Shown: one piece after another, positions 33,000 through 45,940 of the stretch | Layout: each line of letters begins with the position of its first letter | How positions within the stretch are numbered: the stretch's first letter is position 1 | Assembly: GCA_011109175.1 (NCBI GenBank) | Contig: RDEW01000004.1 | Span: 1,078,030 to 1,142,029 of the forward strand | DNA length: 64,000 nt | DNA from: Dicyema japonicum | Taxonomy: Eukaryota; Animalia; Dicyemida | Direction of reading: 5' to 3' | Made by a program: the position numbers and the translations under genes | The notes under the pieces: model-generated | Databases searched by the model: none | What the model was told of the DNA's origin: nothing | The model's input: only the letters and a program-made list of their open reading frames with translations

Positions 33000-33598
33000 A
33001 TGTTCATGAAGATTATTGGAGTAGTTTTTAATTTTATTTTAGATTTTATTTTTAGACATTATTTCAATAAAAAGGTGTCATATGGAGTATGTACTATATC
33101 ATTCTGATTCCGATTATACGACAACTCCTCTTTCCACAACCATAACCACATATATGACAACGTCTTCCACCACAGAAACTGCAACTATTTCCATCATAAC
33201 AAATACTACTCCTTCTACTAAGAAAAATGCAAACCTTTCCACCATAACAAATATTAATCTTTCTACTAAAAAAACTGCAACTCTTTCCACCATAACAAAT
33301 ACTACTCCTTCTACTAAAAAAACTGCAACCCTTTCCACCATGACAAATACTACTACTCGTTCATCGGCCACAACGATCTCAACTACGAATTTTTCAGATT
33401 TCCCCGAAATATATAAAAATATCACATCTGAAAAAAAATCCAAAAATTTAGACGAAGAAATGTATGATAAAAAGTGAATTTGTTATTTAACTTAGAATCG
33501 TCAATCCAATAGAAATATTTTTAATATTTTTTGTTGTTTTAGCAGGAGTGCTCATATTCACTAATTTAATCGTCGAGAAAATAAGAAATAGCATATAG
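33000..33598 (+). CDS. Thr-rich mucin-like type-I membrane protein, paralogue 1
   Basis: MFMKIIG|ILFL.. (23-nt intron), 3 x 16-aa repeats (TTPSTKKTATLSTITN-like), 22-nt intron, TM IFLIFFVVLAGVLIFT, TAG stop. Confidence 0.75.
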
Positions 33599-33709
33599 CA
33601 GTTTGAAAGCTGTTTTAGTTATATTAATTAGGAATTAAATGTGATAAATTCATTTTTTGTTAATCACTGATTTTCAAACTTTAATTTTTATTACTTTTTA
33701 AGTGCTCCC

Positions 33710-35215
33710 GTGAGGATTTTTGCAGATCAGAACCATATACTTGAGCAATCCCATAGGGACACCCTGGTCCCCCAAACAAAGAGCAGATCCCATCTTGCCA
33801 TGGACAATCACCTAATATACTTTTTCTAAATATGCCGTAAAAGATGGGATTCTCTCTTTTGTCCGAGCAGCATGGAGGACTTGATGGACTTCATCCGGGT
33901 ACCTCAAAGACCTCATTGCAAAATACGGGGAACTCTGGTGTCTGGCTTTTGTCGACAATCACCGAACTAATGAAAAGGATGCTTTCCGGTACACTATCAG
34001 AAGAAATTTATTACGTTGTGTTCTCCGCAGTTAATCGCATTCGATAAAAGGGGATGAGGAATACGCCTTATTACTGTTGGCTTGGTTTTCCGTCGGTTGG
34101 CCTCAAAACGCCCATGCAAAGCAATCCTTCATGCGCTTGTAATAGATAAAACTATCCCAAATAGGAGTTCAGGATCGTCAAAATTGATATAAAAAACATC
34201 ACGATACGGTGTGATGCAATTTTGGAAGATTGTTTTACATCAGTGTACAACTTCACAGCGCATATGGAAAACCATCCAGCCTGGTTTACGGCCAATACTT
34301 CATTCCCTCTGGGTGTCCAACAAGGAGACCCACTGGGCCCGGCTTTATTTAGTCTCGTAATTGCCCATATCACGGGATATTTTTCTATGAAAGTATGATA
34401 TTTGATGATTGCAGCATGGGCGGTCATCCAAAGAACGTGCTGGATTGTTTGAAAAGCATAATAATCAACTCAATACTATCGATTCTCTCTTTCGGACTAC
34501 TTTCGAATGTTAAATTTGACGACCAATGGTAGAACCAAGCAACCTTACCCGTTTGCTTTTGTTGACTGGGAATCCTTTCCAACGGATTTATCACGCCCTT
34601 CATATCTATCCTAGTTTTGCCCCAGTCAATAGTTGATCAAGATGATTCTCCAACTCCAACAGGATCGTTAGAGATCAGAAATATGGAGCATCTGAAAGTC
34701 AAGTTGTCTGAACAGAGAGACCTTTACAGGTCCATCTGCGAAGATAAATATGAGAGGCTTCTGACTTAATCAAACCAATACCGACTAGTCACTGGAATGG
34801 AGTGGTGCTTTGATTATTCCCTCCCAGTCAAAGCGTCGCGACCCTCCTTGATGACGATACTGTCCGCATTGGTATTTCCACCAAACTTTGACTGAAGATT
34901 TGACAGACTCACAAATGCGGATGCGGTGTTACTGTCGACTATTATGGATATGATGCCCTTTTTTGCAGAAGTTCAGGAAGAGACATAAGGCGATCAACGG
35001 ATTTGTTAAGCGAGCTCTGGAGTCTGCTTGATACCCCACCATACTTGAGCCGGTTGGCCTGTAAGAGAAAAATAACTCCGTATCCTCAAGAAGCTGGGAC
35101 GCCTATCAACACTAAAAGTCACGGCGCACGTGAGACTTAATGGATTCTCAAGTTGATCTCTGTTGTAATAGTGAGAGGCAATTTTTGATTTATTTTTGTG
35201 TTCTTTTTAGTTTTT
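33710..35215 (+). mobile_element. Decayed CRE-clade element (subfamily 2)
   Basis: GGLDGLHPG, GVQQGDPLGP and LDDDTVRIGI remnants; close to 55300-56700. Confidence 0.8.
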
Positions 35216-35267
35216 TTAATAAATAAATTATAAAAACATAAAACGAGTTATTTAGTCGGTTATGTTA

Positions 35268-35308
35268 TTTCTTTCTCTTTGACCCATTGATCGTGAGGGT
35301 AATAATAA
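35268..35308 (+). mobile_element. 41-bp retro-insertion with a (TAA)3 tail
   Basis: Flanked by a perfect 15-bp direct repeat tagtcggttatgtta (35253-35267, 35309-35323). Confidence 0.75.
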
Positions 35309-35469
35309 TAGTCGGTTATGTTAAAACTCCCGAGTGAGGATTTCAAATATTTCATGAGTAAGACTTTTTTGTGTGACAAGTTTGACTCTTTTAAAGGTAT
35401 AATATAGATTTTTCAAACAATTGTCAACAGTCGATTTGGAAAGTCGCAAATTGAAAGCTTGGAAAATTT

Positions 35470-35765
35470 TGTGGCATATTGGTTAGGTGTCGGGCAAAGT
35501 GGCTTAGGTTACAGGTTCGATTCTCGCTGCTGTTCACCTGGTCAAAGGTTCCACGCATCTACGATGCTAAAAGGGCTTTGGGAGTGACGCCGTCATCAGT
35601 GGACTGCGGAACTGGATAGTTTAAAAAAGACCTACACACAAGAAAAAAGAAATGAAGATCACACCTTGGTTCTACGATTAGTTAAAATTAACTGTTCTAT
35701 AATTAAATAAAGTTTGTGTCTGCCTATGCGGAGATATAAATATTATGGCTCTCGTGAAAAGACTG
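35470..35765 (+). repeat. tRNA-headed SINE (family D), possibly with an RTE-type tail
   Basis: A box tggcatattgg (35472-35482), B box ggttcgattct (35514-35524); 35720-35760 carries the RTE 3' motif tatgcgg..tatggctctcgtga. Confidence 0.6.
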
Positions 35766-35789
35766 TTAAAAATATAATAAACTAACGAG

Positions 35790-37975
35790 TAAATTAACTA
35801 ATTAAGCGGATTTTACTCCAGATTGCCAGTAATCTCTCTTCTCTTAGAAGAAGAGTGTGCCATAACTCCCTGTTATTCCCCACCTCCAGATCAGATTCAG
35901 TCGAAATATCTCTGTTAGAGTCAAGGCTTTCCTCACGGCATGCCAGTTCCACAAGTTGGGAGGTAGCAGAGGCGTACTTTTCATCGTATACCTTTATCCC
36001 ATGCTCATGTTCAATGAGCATACTTTCGAGCGTTCTCTTCACACAATTGATTGGATGTAAGTCCTCGTTGGTTCTTCAATAGATAATTTACCAATATGAT
36101 TCTTGACGCATCTTGAGACAACTCCATCCCATGTCAAAACCACTGGAATAATCTTCACTTGGCATTCATAGAGTAGCCAAAGTTCATTTGCAAGCAAGTC
36201 ATATTTGTGAAGTTTCTCAAATTCAACTTGTTTTAGTCGGTCTTGTGAGGTAATCCCCACTTCTATTAAGGTTACTTCCTTCTTTGTTTTGTCGTATACA
36301 AAAATATCAGGTTTATTGAATTAGACTTTTGTTTCTGTCATAATCGACGTGTCAACTCTGCTTTCGACAGAGTCATCAATATTGATTGAACTGAATGTCC
36401 TTTCAATTTCCTGCTTTCTTTGATTTCATAAACTCGACAAATATGAAGATGGATACACTTTACAAATTCATTATGTTTTCGGAGATTATTATTGTTTAGA
36501 TTTTTTCCACACTCAGTAGCCAAATGATAGACAGTTTTCCAGCTTTTTTTGCAATGGCTCCATAATGACCCCGTTTGTGCGAAAAACAAATTCCATCCTG
36601 CAGAAGACAATACAATGGTTATCTCCGTGGACTGTTATTTCCCTTGGATAACCATTCTGAGGAAGTAGATAGGTCGACATTTGGTTCATTTATACAGTTG
36701 AACATAATAGAGTGTAGTGTTAATAAATTTTATTTTATTTCCTCTGAGTGTCTTTGAGGGACTTAATATCCATGCTTACCCTATCGGTAATTGCATATTT
36801 AGAGACAAGAAATCCTGGGATTGTAGCCAAGTGCCATTTTTAGTTTTTATTACTCGCAGAATCCCCGACCATCGCACACACACAGTCGACTGTTTTTCCA
36901 AACTTTTAAAGAACTGGAGGAGTATTAATTCGCTCTTAAACGAAATCGAGGTAAGTCCTTATCCAACAGTCTTCCTGTCCAAATACAGCCTCTCTTTATT
37001 TGCAGGTTTGAGGTGCAACATGAGAGACGTAAGCAGTTGCCGTATTTGTTGGTCAATATCATCAAATTCATGAGGTTCAATATTAATTAATCCTATATAA
37101 TAGTTAAATAGGGAAATTGCGTATTCATTTATTGTACGAAACAAGCACACAAAATTTAACTTAGTTTTTGAAAGCATTCTCTTCTTAACATTTTCAAATA
37201 TGGACTCCATAACTTTATTTTTTAGAACATTATTTCCCCATCTTTAAAAACACCCAAATATCGATATCCACTGACTCCTTCCAGAGTCTCACAACATGAT
37301 AACGATTTTACATTAGAAATGACTTTTCAGAATTCATCTCCAAGCCGGCAACATGAAATAAATCGCGAACTACTTTCATCATTTTGATAATAGTATCTTC
37401 TTTTATTTCAAATATCTTTAGTCATCAATGAAAAACAAATGATTGGTAGAATAAGCCAGAGTATTAGGATCCTCCTGATTAATTAGGAGTCTTGGGAACA
37501 TAGAGTTAAGGATCCTGCTCAAAGGTTCCATTACCATAACAAATAGTTGAGGGGATAATGAATCTCCTTGCAGAATTCCACGTCCCAGCTTTAGAGAACC
37601 AACTCTTCTTTCATCTTAGTGGAGATTTACGGTCCACCTGTTGACTATGGTCTTTAAAAGGTTAACAATTTAATAAAGTATTCCTGAACAGTCCAATACA
37701 CGAAATAAAAATTTATTGTCAACAGAATCAAAGGCCTTTTTCACATCAACTTAAACAGAATAAAGGGCGTTTCCATACTCCTTATTTAAGCATTGATTAA
37801 TAAGGGCCTGTTCTTTAGCGCCCTGACAATGTTTCCTCGTTTCCAGCTGATTGTCAGATAATAGCCCAAACGAATCTACAAAATCTGAGAGTTTGGAAAT
37901 ACACATTTGGTAATAAGTTTATATAAAGTTGGCATGCACGTTATAGGACGTAAGTCTTTAGGAGTCTCACAATCA
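35790..37975 (-). mobile_element. Decayed R4/Dong-like RLE retrotransposon
   Basis: GILQGDSLSP, YRYLG, INEYAISLFNYYIG, HLKPANKERLY, KHNEFVKCIH, NKPDIFVYD..LIEVGIT..EKLHKY. Confidence 0.85.
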
Positions 37976-38134
37976 TCCTTTAAAACACACACTTTATTTT
38001 AGTAAAAAACAGCTATTATAACTAATCGTAGAGTGAGAACCAAAAAATGCTCTTCACTTTTTGTTTTCTTTTTCTTATGTATAAAAGACATGTAAAGATA
38101 CCATTTTCTTAATAAAGAAATTGTATGACTTGAA

Positions 38135-38432
38135 AACACTTCACTTTATTTAACAAACAATAAAAAAGTTAATATATTTATTAATCAACAACCTTCCTCG
38201 CCTGCCTGTTCGCCAGCCTCCTCAGGCAGGTTCGATTCTGGTTGCTGAAACAACTCCGAGAGCGCTTTGTCTAATTGAACCCTCTGCCCATATGGCATCT
38301 CAGGGCTCTGCCTCCTATACTCCAGTGTCAGGCTCTCTAGGGTCCGCTTTAACACAGTGGACTGTAGATAGGCCTGGAGCTTCCTATCTACCCCCAACTG
38401 CTTCAGATAACCCTTGTGGTACTTTGTTGCAT
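38135..38432 (-). mobile_element. 3' fragment of an R4/Dong-like element
   Basis: YLQSTVLKRTLESL C-terminus; 18-bp TSD gaaattgtatgacttgaa (38117-38134, 38433-38450). Confidence 0.85.
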
Positions 38433-38558
38433 GAAATTGTATGACTTGAATATTTATTTTAATTATTTTTTACATAATAAAATAATAAAGATAATATTTT
38501 TCAAATGGCGAACATACAAAAGTAAATAATAGAATCTGATAATTTATAATTGTTTACA

Positions 38559-39142
38559 ATGATTTTTGGAGTAGTTTCAATATTTATTTTAGTTATTATT
38601 AATGGTGGTAATCAAAACAACTTCAAAAAATATATGTATGGGGTTTTTTATGTATAATTGTGATTACAATTATCCGACAACAACAGAAATATCTTCCACT
38701 ACCACTTCCATAACAACGCCTTCCACTACAGAATCTTCAACTCTTTCAACTACCACTGTCATAACTACAACAAAATCTTCCACTCCTTCAACCGTATCAA
38801 CAACTATTACTCCTTCCACCACATCAAAAACTTCTACACCTCTCACGACTACAAAAATTATTACTCCTTCCACGACTACAACTATCTTAACCACTACTTT
38901 TTCAAGTTTCCCCCCGATATTGAAAAACATCCCAACTCCAGAAAAATCAAAAAGTAGAAATTAAACTAAAATTTAGATGCCGACGAATATAATAAAAAGT
39001 GAATTTGCTATTAAATTGTAGATTTATTTATCCAATAGTAATTTTTTCGGTGATTTTCCTTGTTTTAGTTGGAATATTTTTATTCACAGTTTTCAAGTTT
39101 TTTGCCAAAAAACTCAGAGGTAAATGTTATAGGGAGTTTTGA
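38559..39142 (+). CDS. Thr-rich mucin-like type-I membrane protein, paralogue 2
   Basis: MIFG|LLLMVVI.. (22-nt intron), Cys pair, Thr tract, two 23-nt introns around a 22-nt exon, TM IVIFSVIFLVLVGIFLFTVF, TGA stop; frame intact. Confidence 0.8.
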
Positions 39143-39339
39143 AAACTGTATTAGTTAAAGGAACGATAATTATTCTTAAAAGTTTAAATTTATTTGTAGT
39201 TTTTAACCATGCAAACGAATGACTTTGTCGATTTAGGTAGAGGGAGTTTCTTGATTTAATTTTTATATAAAATTAATTTATTTTTAATGGAGATCTGACT
39301 GACTGTTAATTAGTTATGTAACCCGGCCTCACTAACTTT

Positions 39340-39800
39340 TGTGACACCAAAGGCTATTAAGACACAACAATGTCGCTCGGTCTCATAGAACGGTCAGTCC
39401 TAGAATTGTATATGAACAGTGCATAAAATCAGGACATTCAAAATGTGATTTGCTGTCAACTCGCATAGGTTGCAAAAGGAACAGAGGACATATTTTACCT
39501 CATCCAGTGGCTTCTCTATTGATTTGTAATCGTGATAGGCAACGTCGATTATGTTGGTGAGGACCATTTTTGATTAATTTTGTTTTAGGATAAATTTATA
39601 ATTTTTTGACCAAAAATGATAAACAATGACGGAAGGGTCAGATAAATTTATTTACAGAAAGAAATTTAATATTTCAAATTACATAGTTAATATAATCACA
39701 ACAAGTGATCCCTGCTCACATAATTGATGCAGCATTGCCTCTCATGATATCGCCGGGGATGACCAAGAGGAACCACTGGGTTTTGATGACTTCATGACTT
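39340..39800. mobile_element. Two opposed, degenerate CRE 3' scraps
   Basis: IGNVDYV on + (about 39530) and IMRGNAASIM on - (about 39720-39760). Confidence 0.4.
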
Positions 39801-40189
39801 CTGATTGCAGTCTGGTAAATTATGTTAACATAATTGTGTATTAAATAAAATTAATAGACATAACTGGTAAGTTTATTCATTATTAAATTACCTAATTCAA
39901 AGATGTTAGAGAAAGTCTATACGTAATTGGAGAAATTTTACAATATAGTTTTACATGTGAGCCTATGGATGACATGAAGGAAAGCTTTTGTTAACAACGA
40001 AAGATCTGGAACAACGACAGATAACGATATAAGCCAAGATCCATCTAATATAGATGCTGCTGACAGAGTTTTCCATTATTATCAAAAGAAAATTTTCAGT
40101 TAAGTTTTTCAGTAATCAAAAAATCTAAGAAAAAATCAACGTAAATTTTTTTATTGAAGCTCCGAAAAGCAAGCCAGGATCACAAGAAA

Positions 40190-40640
40190 AGAAAACCTTA
40201 GTATTCGGAGGATAATTTGTTTGTTCCTTTCGGTGTTGGGATATGATGAATCCTTGGACCACAAGCGAACGATCTAGTCCGTTGGATTGACTCAATGATC
40301 CAAAAGGTCACCAAAAACCAACGTGAAACTGTATGCCTTCGAGTGCGCATTATCTGACGAAACAGCGGCTAATCAGTAATTAATTTCTATTTTATTTAAA
40401 ATGCGTGTTACTTAAACAAAGTACCGAAGCATTTCGGAGGATCACTTATTTGTCCCATTTGGTATTGAAACGTCAAAAGTCCTTGACCAATAAGCGCACA
40501 ATCTAGTCCGTCGGATCGGCTCAATGATCCAAAGGGTCACCAAAGATCCACGTGAGACTGGATGGTTTCGAGAGCGTATCTCGATATCTATTGTCAGAGG
40601 AAACAGCCTAAACATTCAAACTCTAGTAATTAAATTTCCA
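40190..40640 (+). mobile_element. Two tandem CRE 3' fragments
   Basis: LFVPFGIET..DPRETGWFRERISISIVRGNS in the second copy; the first copy is collinear. Confidence 0.75.
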
Positions 40641-43150
40641 TCAATAATGAACATCGGGCTTAGAATATATCCCTGTGGCACTCCCCTTTTAAACGATATA
40701 CCATCAGAATATCTTCCACCGATTACCACATAAAATATCCTGCCAGTCAAATAGTGTTTAAACCATAAAAACATTTGTTTAGATATCTTTGATCTTACAA
40801 GTTGACAAAATAAGGCTTCGTGCAACTGTCGAACGCCTCCGAGATGTCAAGGCAAACAAGGCTTAACTGGCTTTTCTTCTCAAATGCATTTGTAATTTCA
40901 TAATTTAGTGAGTGAATGCAATTTCCGCACGATCTTCCCGGACGAAAACCCCATTGGTAAGGTCGTAGAAAGTCACTCTCTTCTATATACCGATTTTTTT
41001 CTCTTGAATCCGTTCCATAGTCTTTGATGTAGAACATATAAGGCTTATTGGTCTATAACTAAGAGGATCCTTATCGACTTTCTAGGTTTGAGGATCATCT
41101 TCACAATTGAACGCTTTCATAACGAATGAACATCTCCGAGCTTAAAACTCGAGTTATACATCTTTTGTAGAACAAATAATAGTTCATCGGACCCTTCTTT
41201 AAGCATTGTCATGGGAATCCAGGAGCCTTCTTTTTGCACTCTCGTATAGAAGTTTTGACTTCTGCCAGAGTGATTTCCTCTACCAGACTTTCCAGATCGC
41301 CCATAAAGTAATCCATAAAATTAGATATCTCCTCTGAAAATTTCTCAGGTATAATACTAACAGGGTCAACTTCTTGTATATTTTCCAGTTGTTTTCTGAA
41401 TACCGAAGGTACTCTTTTCAGGGGAATTGTCCTTCCCTCTTGATCGGCCAGCACAATATTTTTTGCCTTTAAATTCCCATCAGTAAGCCTTCTGTACATT
41501 TTCCAGAAACAAGGGTTCTTCCAGTTCATCTTCGAGGCTGCATTCTTCAATTTATTTTCGGCATTCACTTTCCAAGCTCTTTGCAATATTTTTTGAATCA
41601 CATCAATTCTATTTTTCAGAATTGTCCAGTCCCATAAATCAACACATCGTCTGTGCTTCGCCTTCAGAGAATTCCTCCCGCGAATAAGATTCGTAAAACT
41701 GTTTGTTCTTCAGAAAGCTCTTGAAGTGGACCTTCTTTCCATATAGTCGTAGATACATCAGCATAGTATTGGATAGTTCCCAGTTGAAAACGTCCTGCTA
41801 ATTAGGTGTAGAAAAAAAATTAGTCTTCATTAGTAACATCTTCAACAAATATTGGCGATAATGTATCCAGTCTATCGAGGAAGTATCAAAATACAGAAAA
41901 ATATCTTCAGCAATGTTCAGCTCCAGGTTGATAGTTACTTCCTGGGGATATGATCACTCCCTAAGTCCCAAAGTAATCTTGTTCTGTCTACATGACCCAG
42001 GAGTTGTGGAGACACTAGGGCCAATTCCAACATGTCACCGCCATGGTGTGAGAAATGGTTAAGTTCCTCAGACGTCAATACTTCAACTCCAATTTCCCCA
42101 ACCAGATCTGCTAGATGTCGACCGTTCCCGTTGTTTTTGCAACATCCGTAGCTCGTATTCTTAGCACTTAGGTCGAAGAATGAAACAATTTTCGCAGAAG
42201 ATCGGGCCAAGTCCTTAGAGTATAGCCCTCCCAGGCTTATCCATGTCCCTCCACATTGTACGTCGACGGACACGAATTCAGATTCGTCGGCCAATACAAT
42301 ACAGTCATTCCGTGTCTGCAATTCCTTACGAAAAAAGATCGAGGTCCCAGTTCCAGCCACTGCTCCATTTTTTCAAAGGAATGTCCACCGAGTCATATCC
42401 TTCCATATTATACTTTCTTCCGCGTTTCGTTGACTACCAAGACATACACCTTGACATTCCTCGCAAGTAGCGCTAGTTTATCATGCCTTTTCACCAAGGA
42501 GCGGCCAATTACCAACACTACTTTCACATTTCTTTTCATAGTTTTTGTTGGTGGCTTTCGCTATCCACAGCCAGGTCCACCAGATTCCATAAATCCACTT
42601 TCAGCAGTGTACATAGGTTGTTCAGACGGGCGATTATTTAATTTAGCCCGAGATACAGTCTTGGAGATTCCTGCCTTGCTCTGCACAAGTTTCCTTGTAA
42701 CGCTCCGCTCCACCGGCCTATCCTGAATATGTGATATATTGGTCCTCATCATCTCTTGTGTTTGCTTGACCGCTTCCCAAGATACCGTCTCTGAAACTTC
42801 TGACTTGCTCTGCACAAGTTTCCTTTTAACGCTTCGCTCCACCGGCCTATCCTGAATATGTGATATATTGGTCACTTCATCTTTTGTGTTGGCTTGATCG
42901 CTTCCCTTCTAGTGTGGGAATCATTTTCTTGATGCCTCTTTCATAGCAGGACATCCTCTGTAACGGGCATTATATCCTGGTCCTCCACAATTAATACAAT
43001 TTGTCTCCACGTTTGGAGAAAATTCAAAAAACAACAAGGTCGTGTTCCATTCCACACTTGAGGCACCTCTTCTCCTACTTGCAATGTGCGGCGATATGAC
43101 CAATTCGCTCGCAATTGTAGCAGATAGGAGGGGCCTCCTCATCCACTCAC
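40625..43150 (-). mobile_element. Decayed gag + APE + RT LINE, same group as 50184-53629
   Basis: CINCGGPGYNARYRGC knuckle, GTGTSIFF, GSDH, QWGFRPGRSC, LDISEAFD, GVPQG; 129-bp tandem duplication in ORF1 (42676-42905). Confidence 0.85.
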
Positions 43151-43159
43151 TAAGGATCT

Positions 43160-44520
43160 TATACACACTCTCGCTATATAATTATTATATTGGGCTTATC
43201 GACATTGAACCACGTGAATTGGAATCTATTGTTTTAGAAATCCGGCGCACACTCTCTAACTTACGAGTGCACTTAAAACCTGCTAACAAAGAAAGATTCT
43301 ATCTCAGCAGGAATAGTTTTGGAGAAGAATTAACAATTTCTGATAAGAGTGAATGCACTTCAACTTTTGACCGACCTGGAAAGGAAATCTTCCATGTGTC
43401 TTCGAAGGGCAGGAATCTTGCGAGTCTTAAAACAAAGGAAAACACATATGACCACTATCGCAAGATTTATTGCACTCAATACAATGTGGATGACCTATCT
43501 AATTTGAATACTGACATTATAAAGGAATATCAAAAGAAGAATTATTTGGAGAAGAGTAATCAGAAATTGCTCTATTCAATTATATTTAAGTTTTTTGAAA
43601 ACACGAATGTCGATATCAATGGATCAACAAAATGGCTTACTGGGGAAACAATAGTCTAAGGTCGGAAGCAATGTACTGCATGAAACAAGATCGGAATCTG
43701 TTCTTTGAAGAAATGAAAGCAAATTGCAGTCATTGTGGTATGGCCAAAAAGTGTGGATCACCTGGCTACACGATGTACCAGGATGCTTAGCGGTGCGTAT
43801 ATGCGGCGACATAACGAAGTTGTAAGATGTATACAACTATGTCGTCAATTTGGAATAAAAAGAACCAAAAGGATAAAGACGCATACAGTCCAATCGATTG
43901 TGTCAAACATTAAAGTTGGATAAACAAGTTAAAAATAACAAAAAGGATATTTTCGTACACGATAAATCCAAGAACGAAATAATACTAATAGGAGTAGGGA
44001 TCACTTCCCAAGATTTGCTAAAACGTGTTGAAGTAAAAAAACTTTACAAATACCACCTTCCGGAAGGAGAACTAGCACAAATTCACAAAGCCAAGGTGAC
44101 AATAATTTCGATTGTTTTGACATGGGATGGAGTAGTAACAAAGTACTACAAGTCATATATGGAAAACCTCAACACGGATGTCTCTACAAGGGCGTACATC
44201 CAATTAATGACGATTAAAATAACTTTAGAGAGAATGATAATCGAGCATAGACATGGCTGAAAGTTGATAACTATGATGATGAGGTTACAAGAGTTACTAA
44301 TCATCTTATCTCAAGAGGCTTTGAACTCGGAGGTGGCGTCAAGAGGAACTAAGAGAAACAGCTGTCTTGTCTAGTGATTTGCTTTTCAAGTGGTATACGA
44401 GTGGAACAGTGAGGGTAATCAAAGGGCCAATGCCCAAAGAAGAGAAGAATTCAGCTTTCTTAGTGTTAATTAATTACAATTGATTTTCGTGATTCTACAA
44501 ATAAATTCAATTAATAAAAC
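43160..44520 (+). mobile_element. 5'-truncated R4/Dong-like RLE retrotransposon
   Basis: LYNYYIGLI, HLKPANKERFY, RRHNEVVRCI, DIFVHDK..IGVGITSQD, LTWDGVV. Confidence 0.85.
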
Positions 44521-45060
44521 TTATTTGTTTGTAATAATAGTTTGACAAACTTTAGCAATCAACCATCCAAAGTGGACATTATCGACGTTGCGTTGCTTCT
44601 CATGTTTGCAACTGAAATCAACTGGAGAAGCCATCGGGTCTCGCGTGTGTCGTGGCTTTTTATTGTAGCTAGGTGTCCAAGTTTCGATTTTCCAGTTATT
44701 CCTCCAGTTGTCTTGACCACAATGGGATAGAAAGTGAACCGATCGTGCAATGTTTCATATTTTTTCTCTTTTGCATTCATTGTTTTTTCAGCCGGCATAC
44801 ACTGTGTCTACCACACTCCCGACAATGTTGGATGAGAAAAGTGGGTCGACACAAGTAGCATCCCACACCAAAAGTTTCCCCTCTTCGAATGGGAAAATTG
44901 TGATCCGTCAAAAAATTCTCTGTCTCCTCTGTCCAGGACAACATGTTCAAGTATGGCAGGGTATCCCGCTGACTCCAGGGCTCGCTTAACAATTCCGTTT
45001 ATCGCTTTGTTTCTTGGGAATTTTCCGGCACTTCTTAGACACGAGAGGGCATTTGTAATA
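44520..45060 (-). mobile_element. CRE-clade endonuclease fragment
   Basis: RSAGKFPRNKAINGIVKRALESAGYPAILE. Confidence 0.8.
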
Positions 45061-45138
45061 AAATAATCTTTTATTTTCGATAAAATTTCTAACTTTATGT
45101 AAAACTCAAAATTTAGGGTCAAAATTCATATCAGAAAG

Positions 45139-45429
45139 TTAATTGGTTGAAGTTTTCCGCTTGCTTGTCTGTCCTCCTCTCTCTTCCTAATAGAGTGGCG
45201 TCATGTGATCCACCTGTCTAGGTGATGCCCAGTGCCAAGCTGGCACGAAAAAGGATCATTTGCTCTTCCTCACTCCACTAGAGGGGTTTCCACAACTGCA
45301 TGTAATGGACGTCTTACCTTTTATGCTGATTCCGGATGGACTCTGTTTCTGTAGAAGTGGAAACTGGATACACTTAATTAGTTGTTTACTTTAACTTCTT
45401 TCTCGGTGTATCCGGGGTTTAATAAATAA
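45139..45429 (+). repeat. SINE-like family A, slightly 5'-truncated
   Basis: 9-bp TSD atcagaaag (45130-45138, 45430-45438); collinear with 30080-30365. Confidence 0.88.
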
Positions 45430-45940
45430 ATCAGAAAGATATGTGTCCGCCGAGATGATATATACTCAAGAAATTGTGTCACTGTTAATGTCCAAAAAAT
45501 CTCTAAAAACTGATTCAACTGAATTGTTCAGCCTTGTCATAAAGTAAGGTGATTTTGGTGTGACTGTTCAGAATTGGAATATGTGAGAGAGACCTTGTTA
45601 CCCATTTGAAAGTCATAAAGGTAAATACTGAAAAACACAGACTCATATCATATGTCATGTATTTGACATATATGAGGATCAGTTGATTAATAAGAAAATG
45701 GTAAACACCAGCTGAGAGTCTACCAAATTAGCGACTTTTGCCGCGATAATAAAATGAATTGACTGTTGTGTATTCTGACATAAAATATATATAGTAAACA
45801 GATTTTTTCTTACTCTTCTGGTCTTAAGTGCTTATTAAAGGTAATTATTAAAAGATCTTTGGGAATTTTCGTTTTTTGTTAAATATATAATTAATTAAAA
45901 ATTTACTTATTTTCAATAAATATTAAAAGTAGTTAATTAA

